This document shows, one piece after another, positions 9,677-17,227 of a stretch of DNA of 64,000 nt. The notes below the pieces were generated by a model. That model saw only the letters and a list, made by a program, of their open reading frames with translations. It did no database searches and was not told the origin of the DNA. The DNA lies in the IMG/VR virus record IMGVR_UViG_3300036790_000204, positions 42,103 through 106,102 of that record, one strand, 5' to 3'. A program made the translations under genes and the position numbers. Source of the DNA: a virus (taxonomy: Duplodnaviria > Heunggongvirae > Uroviricota > Caudoviricetes). The first letter of the stretch is position 1. Each line of letters starts with the position of its first letter.

Positions 9677-9831
9677 CCAAGCAGGAAACCGACACCGACA
9701 CCGAACCGCGGGAAGGCGCCGAGCCGGACGACGACACCGACGGCTACGTCTGCCCGCTGTGCCAGCGCACGAGGCACGAGCGGTGCACCGATCCCGAGTG
9801 CGTGTGCTGCCTCGGCAATCCTGACGAATAA
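9673..9831 (+). CDS. small Cys-rich (zinc-ribbon-like) protein
   Basis: GTG 9673. The 52-aa product has CPLCQ...CTDPECVCC. Confidence 0.3.
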   Translation: MTKQETDTDTEPREGAEPDDDTDGYVCPLCQRTRHERCTDPECVCCLGNPDE

Positions 9832-9844
9832 GGATCAAATCGCA

Positions 9845-10270
9845 ATGCCGACCGTAGGCACTAAAAGACCTTGGAAAGTTGGCATCATGACCGCAACTGA
9901 AAGTTCCGCCAGCTCCCGAACTAACGCGTTGGGCGCCAACCGGGAAGGCGCCCCAGTCGGCAGCGTAAGTGAGCAGGTGGAAGCGGGACGGCGGTACATC
10001 CGCGAGAACTACGGCCGCGCTCTCACACCAGAAGAGGCGTGCCTCTTCGACGAGCCCGACGAGGACCCGGCGAAAATCTTCGCTGCCTTCGACGCGGCTC
10101 CGCACCTGGTCACCGCCCGCCCGGATAAGAGCCGGGTACCGAGGTACGCGGCAGGCGGCGTCGTGCGCCAACCCCCCGGGCCACGCGATGACAGCATCCC
10201 CGGCTTCCTTTCGCAGGACTACGTAGTCCCCAAGCGCACGAGCGATCAACGAGGAGAACCGACGCAGTGA
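9845..10270 (+). CDS. hypothetical protein
   Basis: 141-aa ORF. AT-richer 5' end and leader. Confidence 0.35.
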   Translation: MPTVGTKRPWKVGIMTATESSASSRTNALGANREGAPVGSVSEQVEAGRRYIRENYGRALTPEEACLFDEPDEDPAKIFAAFDAAPHLVTARPDKSRVPRYAAGGVVRQPPGPRDDSIPGFLSQDYVVPKRTSDQRGEPTQ

Positions 10271-10665
10271 GCGACGTTGAAAGCTCGGCCAGGATCCGCG
10301 CTATCGCCCTGGCCGCGATCGACGAGGACAGCCATCCTGACTTGTCCGGCGGCGATGTTGACGGGCTGATCATCGCGCTTCAGCGCGCGCGCCGCGAGGC
10401 GTTCGGGCCGCCGCCGCCGTCGGCCGCGGTGATCGAGATCCTCGAGCCGAATCACGCGACCGAGGACACGATGGGCGGCAGCCTGATCATCCCGCGCGAG
10501 GTGCGGATCAACGGCGTTTCGCTGCTGACGCCGCAGGGCGGCATCAAGGTCCACGAGATGAGCATCGACGCCCCGAAGGAAGCCGTTCAGGTCACGGTGA
10601 CCCTGTTCGCCCGCAGGGTGACGATCGCGGCCGAGGGCGACCTGCAGCCGGCCGAGCATGGCTGA
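10267..10665 (+). CDS. hypothetical protein
   Basis: 132-aa ORF, coupled. Confidence 0.35.
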   Translation: MSDVESSARIRAIALAAIDEDSHPDLSGGDVDGLIIALQRARREAFGPPPPSAAVIEILEPNHATEDTMGGSLIIPREVRINGVSLLTPQGGIKVHEMSIDAPKEAVQVTVTLFARRVTIAAEGDLQPAEHG

Positions 10666-11344
10666 GCAGCCAGACCCCGAGCAGACGCCGCCGCTGTCGG
10701 GGAGGAAGTTGCGCGCCCGCTACGGCGACCAGGTGACGACCGTCGACACCGAGATGGCGCTGCAGCTGCTCGGCCGCCCCGACATCGACCCGGGCTGCGC
10801 GATCGCCTACGAGTACAGCACCCGCGAGGTATTCGACCTGTTCGCCGAAGCGCACCAGCGCGACCACGGGCACGAGACGCTCGGCCCGGTCATCGGCCCG
10901 GGCGGCACGCTATACGGTGTCACCGTCTTCAAGGCACCGCAGACCGTGAACCGCGACTTGCAGGCATCTTCCCCGCGAGCACTCGAGGAAAAGGCCACGG
11001 TATTCGCGAAGCGGCACGGATCGTTCTCGCTGCACTTCGACAGCAGCCGGAACTACGTGCGTCCCGACGACTCGCCTTGGACGCTGATCCTCGACGGCGA
11101 CGATGATCGCGGATGGGGCGGCTTCGACGCGCCTGACGACGATTTGATCCGCACAGCGCAACCCGTGAGCGGGTTCGTTGTCATCAAGGCGCTGACCGAA
11201 GACGGCCAGATCCGCTACCTGACCGGGGCGACCGAGGGGCTGCTGTCGGTCGAGTGCCTCGGGATGGTCGAGTATGCGGCGCTGCGGCTACGCAAGGGGC
11301 TTAAGGACGGCGACACCTGCGAGGTTGACGACGACGAACCGTGA
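10658..11344 (+). CDS. hypothetical protein
   Basis: 228-aa ORF. Confidence 0.35.
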   Translation: MAEQPDPEQTPPLSGRKLRARYGDQVTTVDTEMALQLLGRPDIDPGCAIAYEYSTREVFDLFAEAHQRDHGHETLGPVIGPGGTLYGVTVFKAPQTVNRDLQASSPRALEEKATVFAKRHGSFSLHFDSSRNYVRPDDSPWTLILDGDDDRGWGGFDAPDDDLIRTAQPVSGFVVIKALTEDGQIRYLTGATEGLLSVECLGMVEYAALRLRKGLKDGDTCEVDDDEP

Positions 11345-11388
11345 GGATCGACGCGCGCCAGCAATATCCGAGCCGTGTAGCTGAGTCC

Positions 11389-11820
11389 TTAGGCAGTTGG
11401 TGCCGCTGCCGCGCGGTCGTACGGTGGTGTCCGCACGCCGACAGACAAGACGACGACCGCCTCATCCCAGTCGCCCGACATTCCCACCTCGGTACCTTCA
11501 CCGCCGGGCCGCGACTGCTGGTGGGTGATCGTTTCCGTCGGAAGCGATACCGGCACCCGGCCTTCACTGGTCACCAGGTCAAGCAGCTGATGCCGCATTC
11601 GCTGCCGCAGGCGCTCGATTCCATCCGCGTCTTGCCAGTAGTAGCGCGGCACGGTCTGCCGCAGCTCGACAACCCCGTCGGCGAAGCCGCACGCCGCCTC
11701 GGCGATAAGCTCGGCGTCGCTACCGGAACGGAGGGCAACTCCGCAGTGAGCTGCGGCGATGCGCACCGCATCGGCGGCCGAGCGGGCAGCCTTAAGGCGC
11801 TCCTGAATAGTGGGCGTCAT
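11389..11820 (-). CDS. hypothetical protein (reverse-oriented)
   Basis: 143-aa minus-strand ORF, 9 bp from the next minus gene. Confidence 0.3.
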   Translation of the reverse strand: MTPTIQERLKAARSAADAVRIAAAHCGVALRSGSDAELIAEAACGFADGVVELRQTVPRYYWQDADGIERLRQRMRHQLLDLVTSEGRVPVSLPTETITHQQSRPGGEGTEVGMSGDWDEAVVVLSVGVRTPPYDRAAAAPTA

Positions 11821-11829
11821 CGGGTCAGC

Positions 11830-12183
11830 TTAGCGGCGGCGAGTTTGCGCGTCACTCCACTGCTGCATCTTGGGAATGTCGTCCGGCCCTGGGGCGCCGT
11901 GCTCGATGCCTGCGTCGGTCAGCAGCCCCTGATAGACGCCGTCCAACAGCAGCGGAATGCTGATGTTCTCCCATGGAGTCGCGCCGACGAGCCGAGACAG
12001 CATGATGATGCGGCCGGCGATGTTGTCGCAGGCGATAGACCAGCCGCCCCGGTAGGCGTTGCGCATCGCGTGATCGAGGTCGCACCACAGAATGACCAGC
12101 TCGCCCTCGATCGCCTCGGCCAGGCTCGCGGGGGCCGGTTCTTCGGCGGCCTCAGCGACCGCCCGCTGCCATGGTGAAGTCAT
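11830..12183 (-). CDS. hypothetical protein (reverse-oriented)
   Basis: 117-aa ORF followed by a lower-GC intergenic region. Confidence 0.35.
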   Translation of the reverse strand: MTSPWQRAVAEAAEEPAPASLAEAIEGELVILWCDLDHAMRNAYRGGWSIACDNIAGRIIMLSRLVGATPWENISIPLLLDGVYQGLLTDAGIEHGAPGPDDIPKMQQWSDAQTRRR

Positions 12184-12336
12184 GCACCCAAACTATGCTC
12201 GACGTCTATGCTTGGACGCGCACCGGTGAGCGATCCCAGGGCGGGGCGTGCAGGCACTGGCAGTGTTGATCCGGTGGCTAGCGCCGAGTAGCGCAGTGAA
12301 TTCCTGCAACCTCGTGCACAGGTCGCCGCGCCCTGG

Positions 12337-12729
12337 TCACTCACCTCGCGTCCCGGATATCACTATCCGCGCGCCTGCGATCCTCGTCGCCTCATTGAGC
12401 GAGACAGTCGGTCCTTCCTTGACCTCCATGCCAGGAGGCGCACCGGTGAGAACCGCGCGGTTGAGGATCACAGCCATGGGGTGCCCGGCTGGTGTGGGAA
12501 GCGCGTCTATCTCGATCGTTAGTTGCGCCGATTCGCCGCCCGGGAGCACGGTGGCGCTCCGCAGCGTGCCGGAGACTTCCCCGAAATCGCCCAGCTGTAG
12601 CGGGAAAAGCTTCCCGATCTGATCGGCGAACGCGTCGGCCCCGTATGCGTCGCCGGGCGCTGGCTCGATGCTGACAATGAACTGAAAGCTCATAGCCATC
12701 ATGATGCCGCTGTTGGCGAGCGTATTCAC
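12337..12729 (-). CDS. hypothetical protein (reverse-oriented)
   Basis: 130-aa ORF. The start may be the internal MAMSF. Confidence 0.3.
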   Translation of the reverse strand: MNTLANSGIMMAMSFQFIVSIEPAPGDAYGADAFADQIGKLFPLQLGDFGEVSGTLRSATVLPGGESAQLTIEIDALPTPAGHPMAVILNRAVLTGAPPGMEVKEGPTVSLNEATRIAGARIVISGTRGE

Positions 12730-12819
12730 GCACGCCGGGCGCCAGGGAAGCGCGCGACCTTAGCCGGGCGGCCGGCCTACCGTCCCCCCCGACGGGCTAG
12801 GCGTTCTACGGGGGCAGGC

Positions 12820-15800
12820 GTGGCGGGTAACACGGGCGAGGCGCGGACCGGCATCCCGGAGGGCCTCGAGTGGAAGGGCATAGGGTCGGGCAACGGCGGT
12901 CTGCTCGCCGCTGACGAGGCGACCGGCATCGTTGAGGCGATCGTCTCCGTGACCGGCATCGTGGATGAGGTCAAGGACATCATCGAGCCCGGCGCCTACG
13001 CGGAAACGCTGAGGCAGCGGACCCCCAAGGGCATCTCAGGCCACGACTGGGGGAAGCTCGCGGCCAAGACGCTCGACATCAAGGAGCTGCTGCCGGGCGA
13101 CCCGGCCCTGCCGAGGGAGACGCCGGACGGCAAGCCGTGGCCCGCCGCGGCGGGCGCCCTGTGGGTTAAGGCGCAGTACAACCTTGCCACCCAGATCGGC
13201 CGGGACTGCTTCGCGAACATCCAGTTTTTCGGGCCCGAGACGCAGTGGAGCATCGGATACGACGTCCCGGCCGGCAAGAGCGTAAGAGGACGGGACGGCA
13301 CCAGGCGCATCAAGGGCCTGCGGCTGTTCGAGTACTCCGACGTGCTGTTCGGGGCGGCGCCGCTCACCGGCACCCTGTCCGCGAAAGACGCGAAGCCGTC
13401 CGACGGCGACCCCGATAACGACCTCAACTCGTGGACGACCGACGACCCCGAGGACGCGATCACCCAGGAAGCCGACGCCGACGACCCCGACATGGCCGCG
13501 CTGCACGCCGCGGCGATCTCGGAGATGAACGCTCAGGCGCAGGGCTGGGACGCGATCGACGCCGCGAGCGCGATCAACGCCGGCGAGGAGGAGATCACCG
13601 ACGCGACCGCCGATGATCTGCAGGCCGCCGACCAGCGCCGCCAGGGCGCGACCGCGACGGCCGGGACCAAGGCGGCGGGGGGCGCCACCACGACGCCGGC
13701 CGGCGTGAGCGACACCCCGTGGTCGGACTTCACGGCGGCCGACTACACGCCGGCGCAGTGGCACAAGGCATGCCTGATCCACAACCACGCCCCGGGTGAG
13801 GTCCCCGACGAAAAAGGCGAGTGCCTCGCGCCGTGGACCCCGGTCCTGACTGCACGCGGCTGGCTCCGGGCGGACATGGTGAAGACGGGCGACTCCGTGC
13901 TCACCGCTGAAAAGACCTGGCGGCAAGTGACGCAATGCCACGTGCGCCACTATGCCGGCCCGCTGATGGGGGCAGGGGCAACCTGGCTCACGCCCACGCA
14001 CCCGGTCCTTACGTCAAACGGCTGGCTGCCCTTCGGGGCTGTCGATGCCGCTCAGGACGCCGTTTATGTGCTCCGCGAGATCCCTGACGCTCAGGGATTT
14101 GATGAACTTCTCATCAAGGCGCAGGAGGCGGTAGCCGCGCTTCTCGGCGAAGATCGCGAACTTGCGGTCGCGCTCGACACGTTCGGGCAGCGAATGCCAG
14201 TAGGTTCCGTCGGCCTCAATGGCAAGGGAGTAGGCCGGAACCCAAGCATCGGGGACGTAGCGTCCCATGGTCTTTTGCTTGACGTACTCGACACCAAGGA
14301 GATCGAGCGCGGCGTAGACCGCGACTTCGATGCTCGTCGGGTACTGGATAGCGTGGGTCCGAACGCGGTAGGTGGCACTGCAGCTCTGGGAGCAGAACTT
14401 CTTGCGCTCGGCGAGCGCGGGGATAACGTCGATGTCGACGCCGCATTCGAGGCACTGCCGTACCTCGCTGATCTTCGGACGCCCAAGCGGACGACTCGGG
14501 CCGTAGCAGGCGCTGGAGCAGAAGATGCGCTCGCGGTCGCCCCATGCCAGGGTCATCTCAGTGCCGCAGCCGGGGCAGCTCTTGATGACGGGGGCATGGA
14601 CGCCGCGTTTGCGCCAGACCAAGGCGCTCATGCACGTCTTGGAGCAGGTGCGCGCGTAGGTGCCCGTCACGCGGGCACCACAGACCTCGCAAGCCTTGAG
14701 ATTGGGCTTGGCCGACCCCTTTGCTCGGACTCTGCTGTAACGGCAGTCGGTGGAGCAGTAGACACGCTCCGACCCCACGGCGACCGTGAAGGCACCGCCG
14801 CAGGCGGCGCAAGTCTTGGATATCTCTCGCGAGACCCCTTTGGGACCGCGCCCGCGCTTGTCCCAGGCGAGGCGCACGGTACAGGCGCGCGAACAGGTCT
14901 TGCCCCACATGCCGTTAAAGCAGCGGCTTATGAAATCGGCACCGCAGACGACACAAGTGAAATCGCGTTCCGGCATGATGGAATTATATCCATTGGCTAT
15001 GACGGGCCGGTTTACAACTACGAAGTCGAAACCGACCATTCGTATTTTGCCGGTATTCTCGCCGTCCACAACTGCAAGCTGCCAGTGCGCCAGCCGGACG
15101 GCCGCGTCAACGTCAACGGCGTCCACGCCGCCGCCGGGGTTCTCGCCGGCGCCCGCGGCGGGGTGAACGCGACTGCGGGGCAGAAGCGGATTGCGGCCGC
15201 GCAGCTCCGAGGCCTGTACCGGAAGATCGGCGACACCCCGCCGTCGTCCCTGCAGGCGAAGGTGCTTACCTCGGCCGACGTGACCGGCACCCCGCCGACC
15301 GGGCCGTCGGGCCCGATCCAGCTCCGCGCCCGCCTCGACGGATGGGCCGGGGGCGACCCGGCCGACTACTCGACCGCGCAGTGGCACGACGCGACCCTGA
15401 TCCACAACCACCCCGACGGGATGATGCCGACGGACAAGGGCGACTGCTCGCTGCCCGTGTGCACCCCCGACGGGGCGCTGTCGTCGCAGGGGATGCACGC
15501 CGCCGCGGGGGCGCTCGGCAGCGGCGACCTCGACGCGACCGACGACCAGAAAACGCAGGCCGCCACGGCGCTGCTCATGCTGTTTCGCCGCACCGGTGAG
15601 GCTCCCCCCCCGATTCAGGTCAAGGTCGCCGGGCAGGACGTCACCCCGGCCGACGCGCGCGCCACCCAGCGGCTCAAAGACTGGTACGTGCACGGCGGCG
15701 GCGCCGCGCAGATCGGGTGGGGCGTCGCCGGCGACTTCGACAAGTGCGTTGCGATCGCCGGGAAGCACATGGACCCCGCGAAGGCTAAGGGGTACTGCCA

Positions 15801-16668
15801 GCTGCGCCACAAGGACGCGACCGGGTTCTACGCCGGCCACGCGCCGAGCGAGGAACTAGCCCACGGCGCCGCCGCGGCGATCACCGACGGCACCAAGGCC
15901 GCTGGCATCAACCTCTCCGGCGGGTATAACCCGGCGCTCGAGACCGGCCCCTACGCCGGATGGCGGTCGCCTGAGACGAAAGACATCGGCGACGCCGGCG
16001 ACATGCCCGGGTCGATCGAGGAAACCCTCGACAACGTGTCCGACGCGGTCACCGCGGCGCTCGGCGGCAGCGACACCACCACCGGCGGCCTGCCCAGGTG
16101 GATCGTCACCGTGAACGGCACGTGGCCCGATCATGTGATCGCGACCCGCTACGACACCACCGGCGACCTAGACGACGGCGAGTCGTTCAGCATCGCCTAC
16201 ACCACCGACCCGGACACCGGCGACGTCACCCTAGGCGAGCAGACCCCCGTCACGCTCACCGTCGTGGCCGAGCCCAGCGACGGAACCAAGAGCATCGGCG
16301 ACGGCGAGCGCCTGTCAGCCGTCCCCATCCTCGTCGAGTACGTGGCCGGATTCGTCCGCCGCGGCCTGCAGGTCAAGCAGGGCCGCGTGCTGTCGGAGGT
16401 GAACGGGAAGCTGCTCCGCGGCGCCGTCAGCCAGCTCATCGCCGTGCTGAACGCCGCCGGCATCCCGCTCGACACCCCGCCCGACGACCAGCCCGACCAG
16501 CAGGACCAGGCGCTGGCCACCACCGGCGCCGAGCCGCTGTATCTGCCCGACTCGACCGCGCCGGGCGCGCAGGTCGTGGAAGGCAAGTCGCTGGTCGGCC
16601 CGCGGGACATGGCCCGTCAGCTCCGCATCACCGCAGCCGCGTATGGCGCCGACGGGGATGCCGAGTAG
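12820..16668 (+). CDS. prohead (HK97-family S78) protease fused to a scaffold-like acidic region and a repeat-containing C-terminal polyprotein; contains an intein
   Basis: GTG start. The N-terminal 190 aa match HK97 prohead protease blocks (IVEAIVSVTGIVD..EPGAY, GHDW, WSIGYD, FEYSDVLFGAAP), followed by an acidic region. Tandem repeats AQWH.A.LIHNHP.G..P.[DE]KG[DE]C.LPV. The intein interrupts the first repeat. Confidence 0.6.
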   Translation: MAGNTGEARTGIPEGLEWKGIGSGNGGLLAADEATGIVEAIVSVTGIVDEVKDIIEPGAYAETLRQRTPKGISGHDWGKLAAKTLDIKELLPGDPALPRETPDGKPWPAAAGALWVKAQYNLATQIGRDCFANIQFFGPETQWSIGYDVPAGKSVRGRDGTRRIKGLRLFEYSDVLFGAAPLTGTLSAKDAKPSDGDPDNDLNSWTTDDPEDAITQEADADDPDMAALHAAAISEMNAQAQGWDAIDAASAINAGEEEITDATADDLQAADQRRQGATATAGTKAAGGATTTPAGVSDTPWSDFTAADYTPAQWHKACLIHNHAPGEVPDEKGECLAPWTPVLTARGWLRADMVKTGDSVLTAEKTWRQVTQCHVRHYAGPLMGAGATWLTPTHPVLTSNGWLPFGAVDAAQDAVYVLREIPDAQGFDELLIKAQEAVAALLGEDRELAVALDTFGQRMPVGSVGLNGKGVGRNPSIGDVASHGLLLDVLDTKEIERGVDRDFDARRVLDSVGPNAVGGTAALGAELLALGERGDNVDVDAAFEALPYLADLRTPKRTTRAVAGAGAEDALAVAPCQGHLSAAAGAALDDGGMDAAFAPDQGAHARLGAGARVGARHAGTTDLASLEIGLGRPLCSDSAVTAVGGAVDTLRPHGDREGTAAGGASLGYLSRDPFGTAPALVPGEAHGTGARTGLAPHAVKAAAYEIGTADDTSEIAFRHDGIISIGYDGPVYNYEVETDHSYFAGILAVHNCKLPVRQPDGRVNVNGVHAAAGVLAGARGGVNATAGQKRIAAAQLRGLYRKIGDTPPSSLQAKVLTSADVTGTPPTGPSGPIQLRARLDGWAGGDPADYSTAQWHDATLIHNHPDGMMPTDKGDCSLPVCTPDGALSSQGMHAAAGALGSGDLDATDDQKTQAATALLMLFRRTGEAPPPIQVKVAGQDVTPADARATQRLKDWYVHGGGAAQIGWGVAGDFDKCVAIAGKHMDPAKAKGYCQLRHKDATGFYAGHAPSEELAHGAAAAITDGTKAAGINLSGGYNPALETGPYAGWRSPETKDIGDAGDMPGSIEETLDNVSDAVTAALGGSDTTTGGLPRWIVTVNGTWPDHVIATRYDTTGDLDDGESFSIAYTTDPDTGDVTLGEQTPVTLTVVAEPSDGTKSIGDGERLSAVPILVEYVAGFVRRGLQVKQGRVLSEVNGKLLRGAVSQLIAVLNAAGIPLDTPPDDQPDQQDQALATTGAEPLYLPDSTAPGAQVVEGKSLVGPRDMARQLRITAAAYGADGDAE
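14014..14976 (-). CDS. zinc-ribbon-repeat + Vsr/DUF559-like (PD-(D/E)xK) endonuclease, encoded antisense and entirely inside the intein
   Basis: Part of the 608-aa minus ORF. From M289 (MPERDF) it has five or six CxxC..C..C ribbons, then AIEADGTYWH...ERVERDRKFAIFAEKRGYRLLRLDE (Vsr-like). The upstream 288 aa are an extein-antisense artefact. An alternative ATG lies near 15039. Confidence 0.5.
   Translation of the reverse strand: MPERDFTCVVCGADFISRCFNGMWGKTCSRACTVRLAWDKRGRGPKGVSREISKTCAACGGAFTVAVGSERVYCSTDCRYSRVRAKGSAKPNLKACEVCGARVTGTYARTCSKTCMSALVWRKRGVHAPVIKSCPGCGTEMTLAWGDRERIFCSSACYGPSRPLGRPKISEVRQCLECGVDIDVIPALAERKKFCSQSCSATYRVRTHAIQYPTSIEVAVYAALDLLGVEYVKQKTMGRYVPDAWVPAYSLAIEADGTYWHSLPERVERDRKFAIFAEKRGYRLLRLDEKFIKSLSVRDLAEHINGVLSGIDSPEGQPAV
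14983..14988 (-). promoter_or_regulatory. TATAAT -10 box about 6 nt upstream of the nested endonuclease ATG (candidate leaderless promoter)
   Basis: AT-rich patch ggaattatatcc in an otherwise GC-rich ORF. Its reverse complement gives TATAAT-tccatc-ATG. Confidence 0.25.
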
Positions 16669-16671
16669 GAG

Positions 16672-17118
16672 TTAGCCGACGCGTCCCGTCTTCACCCGCT
16701 CGTCGTCCTGCCACAGTTCCCAGGCATCGGCGGCGAGCTCGGGCAGCACCCATATCTCGCACGTGCCGCGGGGAGACCCAAACAGCCGTTCCCGCAGTTC
16801 GGCGTCAACCTGGTCGGGCAGCCGTTCGGCTTCCGCGTGGCTGAGGGGCAGAGGCGCGTCATGCCACGTGGCGGCGTCCTTCGCGGTGGCCGCCAGGGCG
16901 ATCGCGTGGTAGCCGGCAGGATGCACCAGCAGCTCATACCGGTTCGGCCCGGCGGGCAGTTCCTCGGTGAGCGTGCTGATAAACGCGTCGATGTCCGCGA
17001 TCACGGGGTGCGCCGCGGCGGCCGAGCTCGGCAGCGGGGTCAGCGTCGGAAGGTCATTAGCCATGCCCGCGATTCTCGCAGCCCCAACAGCAAGTAAGGC
17101 AGCGCACCCGGTACGCAC
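16672..17118 (-). CDS. hypothetical protein, reverse-oriented between scaffold and capsid genes
   Basis: 148-aa ORF. The start may be the internal MANDLP (near 17064). Confidence 0.3.
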   Translation of the reverse strand: MRTGCAALLAVGAARIAGMANDLPTLTPLPSSAAAAHPVIADIDAFISTLTEELPAGPNRYELLVHPAGYHAIALAATAKDAATWHDAPLPLSHAEAERLPDQVDAELRERLFGSPRGTCEIWVLPELAADAWELWQDDERVKTGRVG

Positions 17119-17120
17119 CC

Positions 17121-17216
17121 CGCGACGCTACCCGCGTGCCCCTGCTAAATCATCCGTTAGCGCGTGTCGTCCCGGCAGTGGCCGGGCGGACGGCAGACCA
17201 GTCCGACACCCCCGGT
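17121..17216 (+). promoter_or_regulatory. bipartite conserved upstream element (cgcGACGCTAcCC ... GTCCGACACCCCCGG) before the capsid gene
   Basis: Shared with sites before genes at 26567, 43048 and 45627. Partial copies lie before 12820, 21868, 22595 and 37112. Confidence 0.45.
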
Positions 17217-17227
17217 CGTGAGCAGTC

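Larger units (their letters stand above)
13822..15072 (+). mobile_element. intein (417 aa) in protease-scaffold polyprotein
   Basis: Starts with Cys (CLAPWTPVLT). Block B is TPTHP. Block F/G is VYNYEVETDHSYFAGILAVHN followed by Cys. Removing it restores KGE-CKLPV, which matches the paralogous repeat KGDCSLPV. The middle 300 aa are low-information antisense-like sequence. Confidence 0.65.

Noticed and set aside
12240-12340. Possible tRNA in the lower-GC intergenic region (tagcgccgagtagcgcag)
   Set aside because: No T-arm (GTTCRANYC) or acceptor-stem pairing could be built.
14977-15840. N-terminal 288 aa of the 608-aa minus-strand ORF 14014..15840
   Set aside because: Val/Gly/Arg-rich antisense of the extein and intein C-terminus. 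The real protein-like sequence starts at M289 (14976), right after a TATAAT box.
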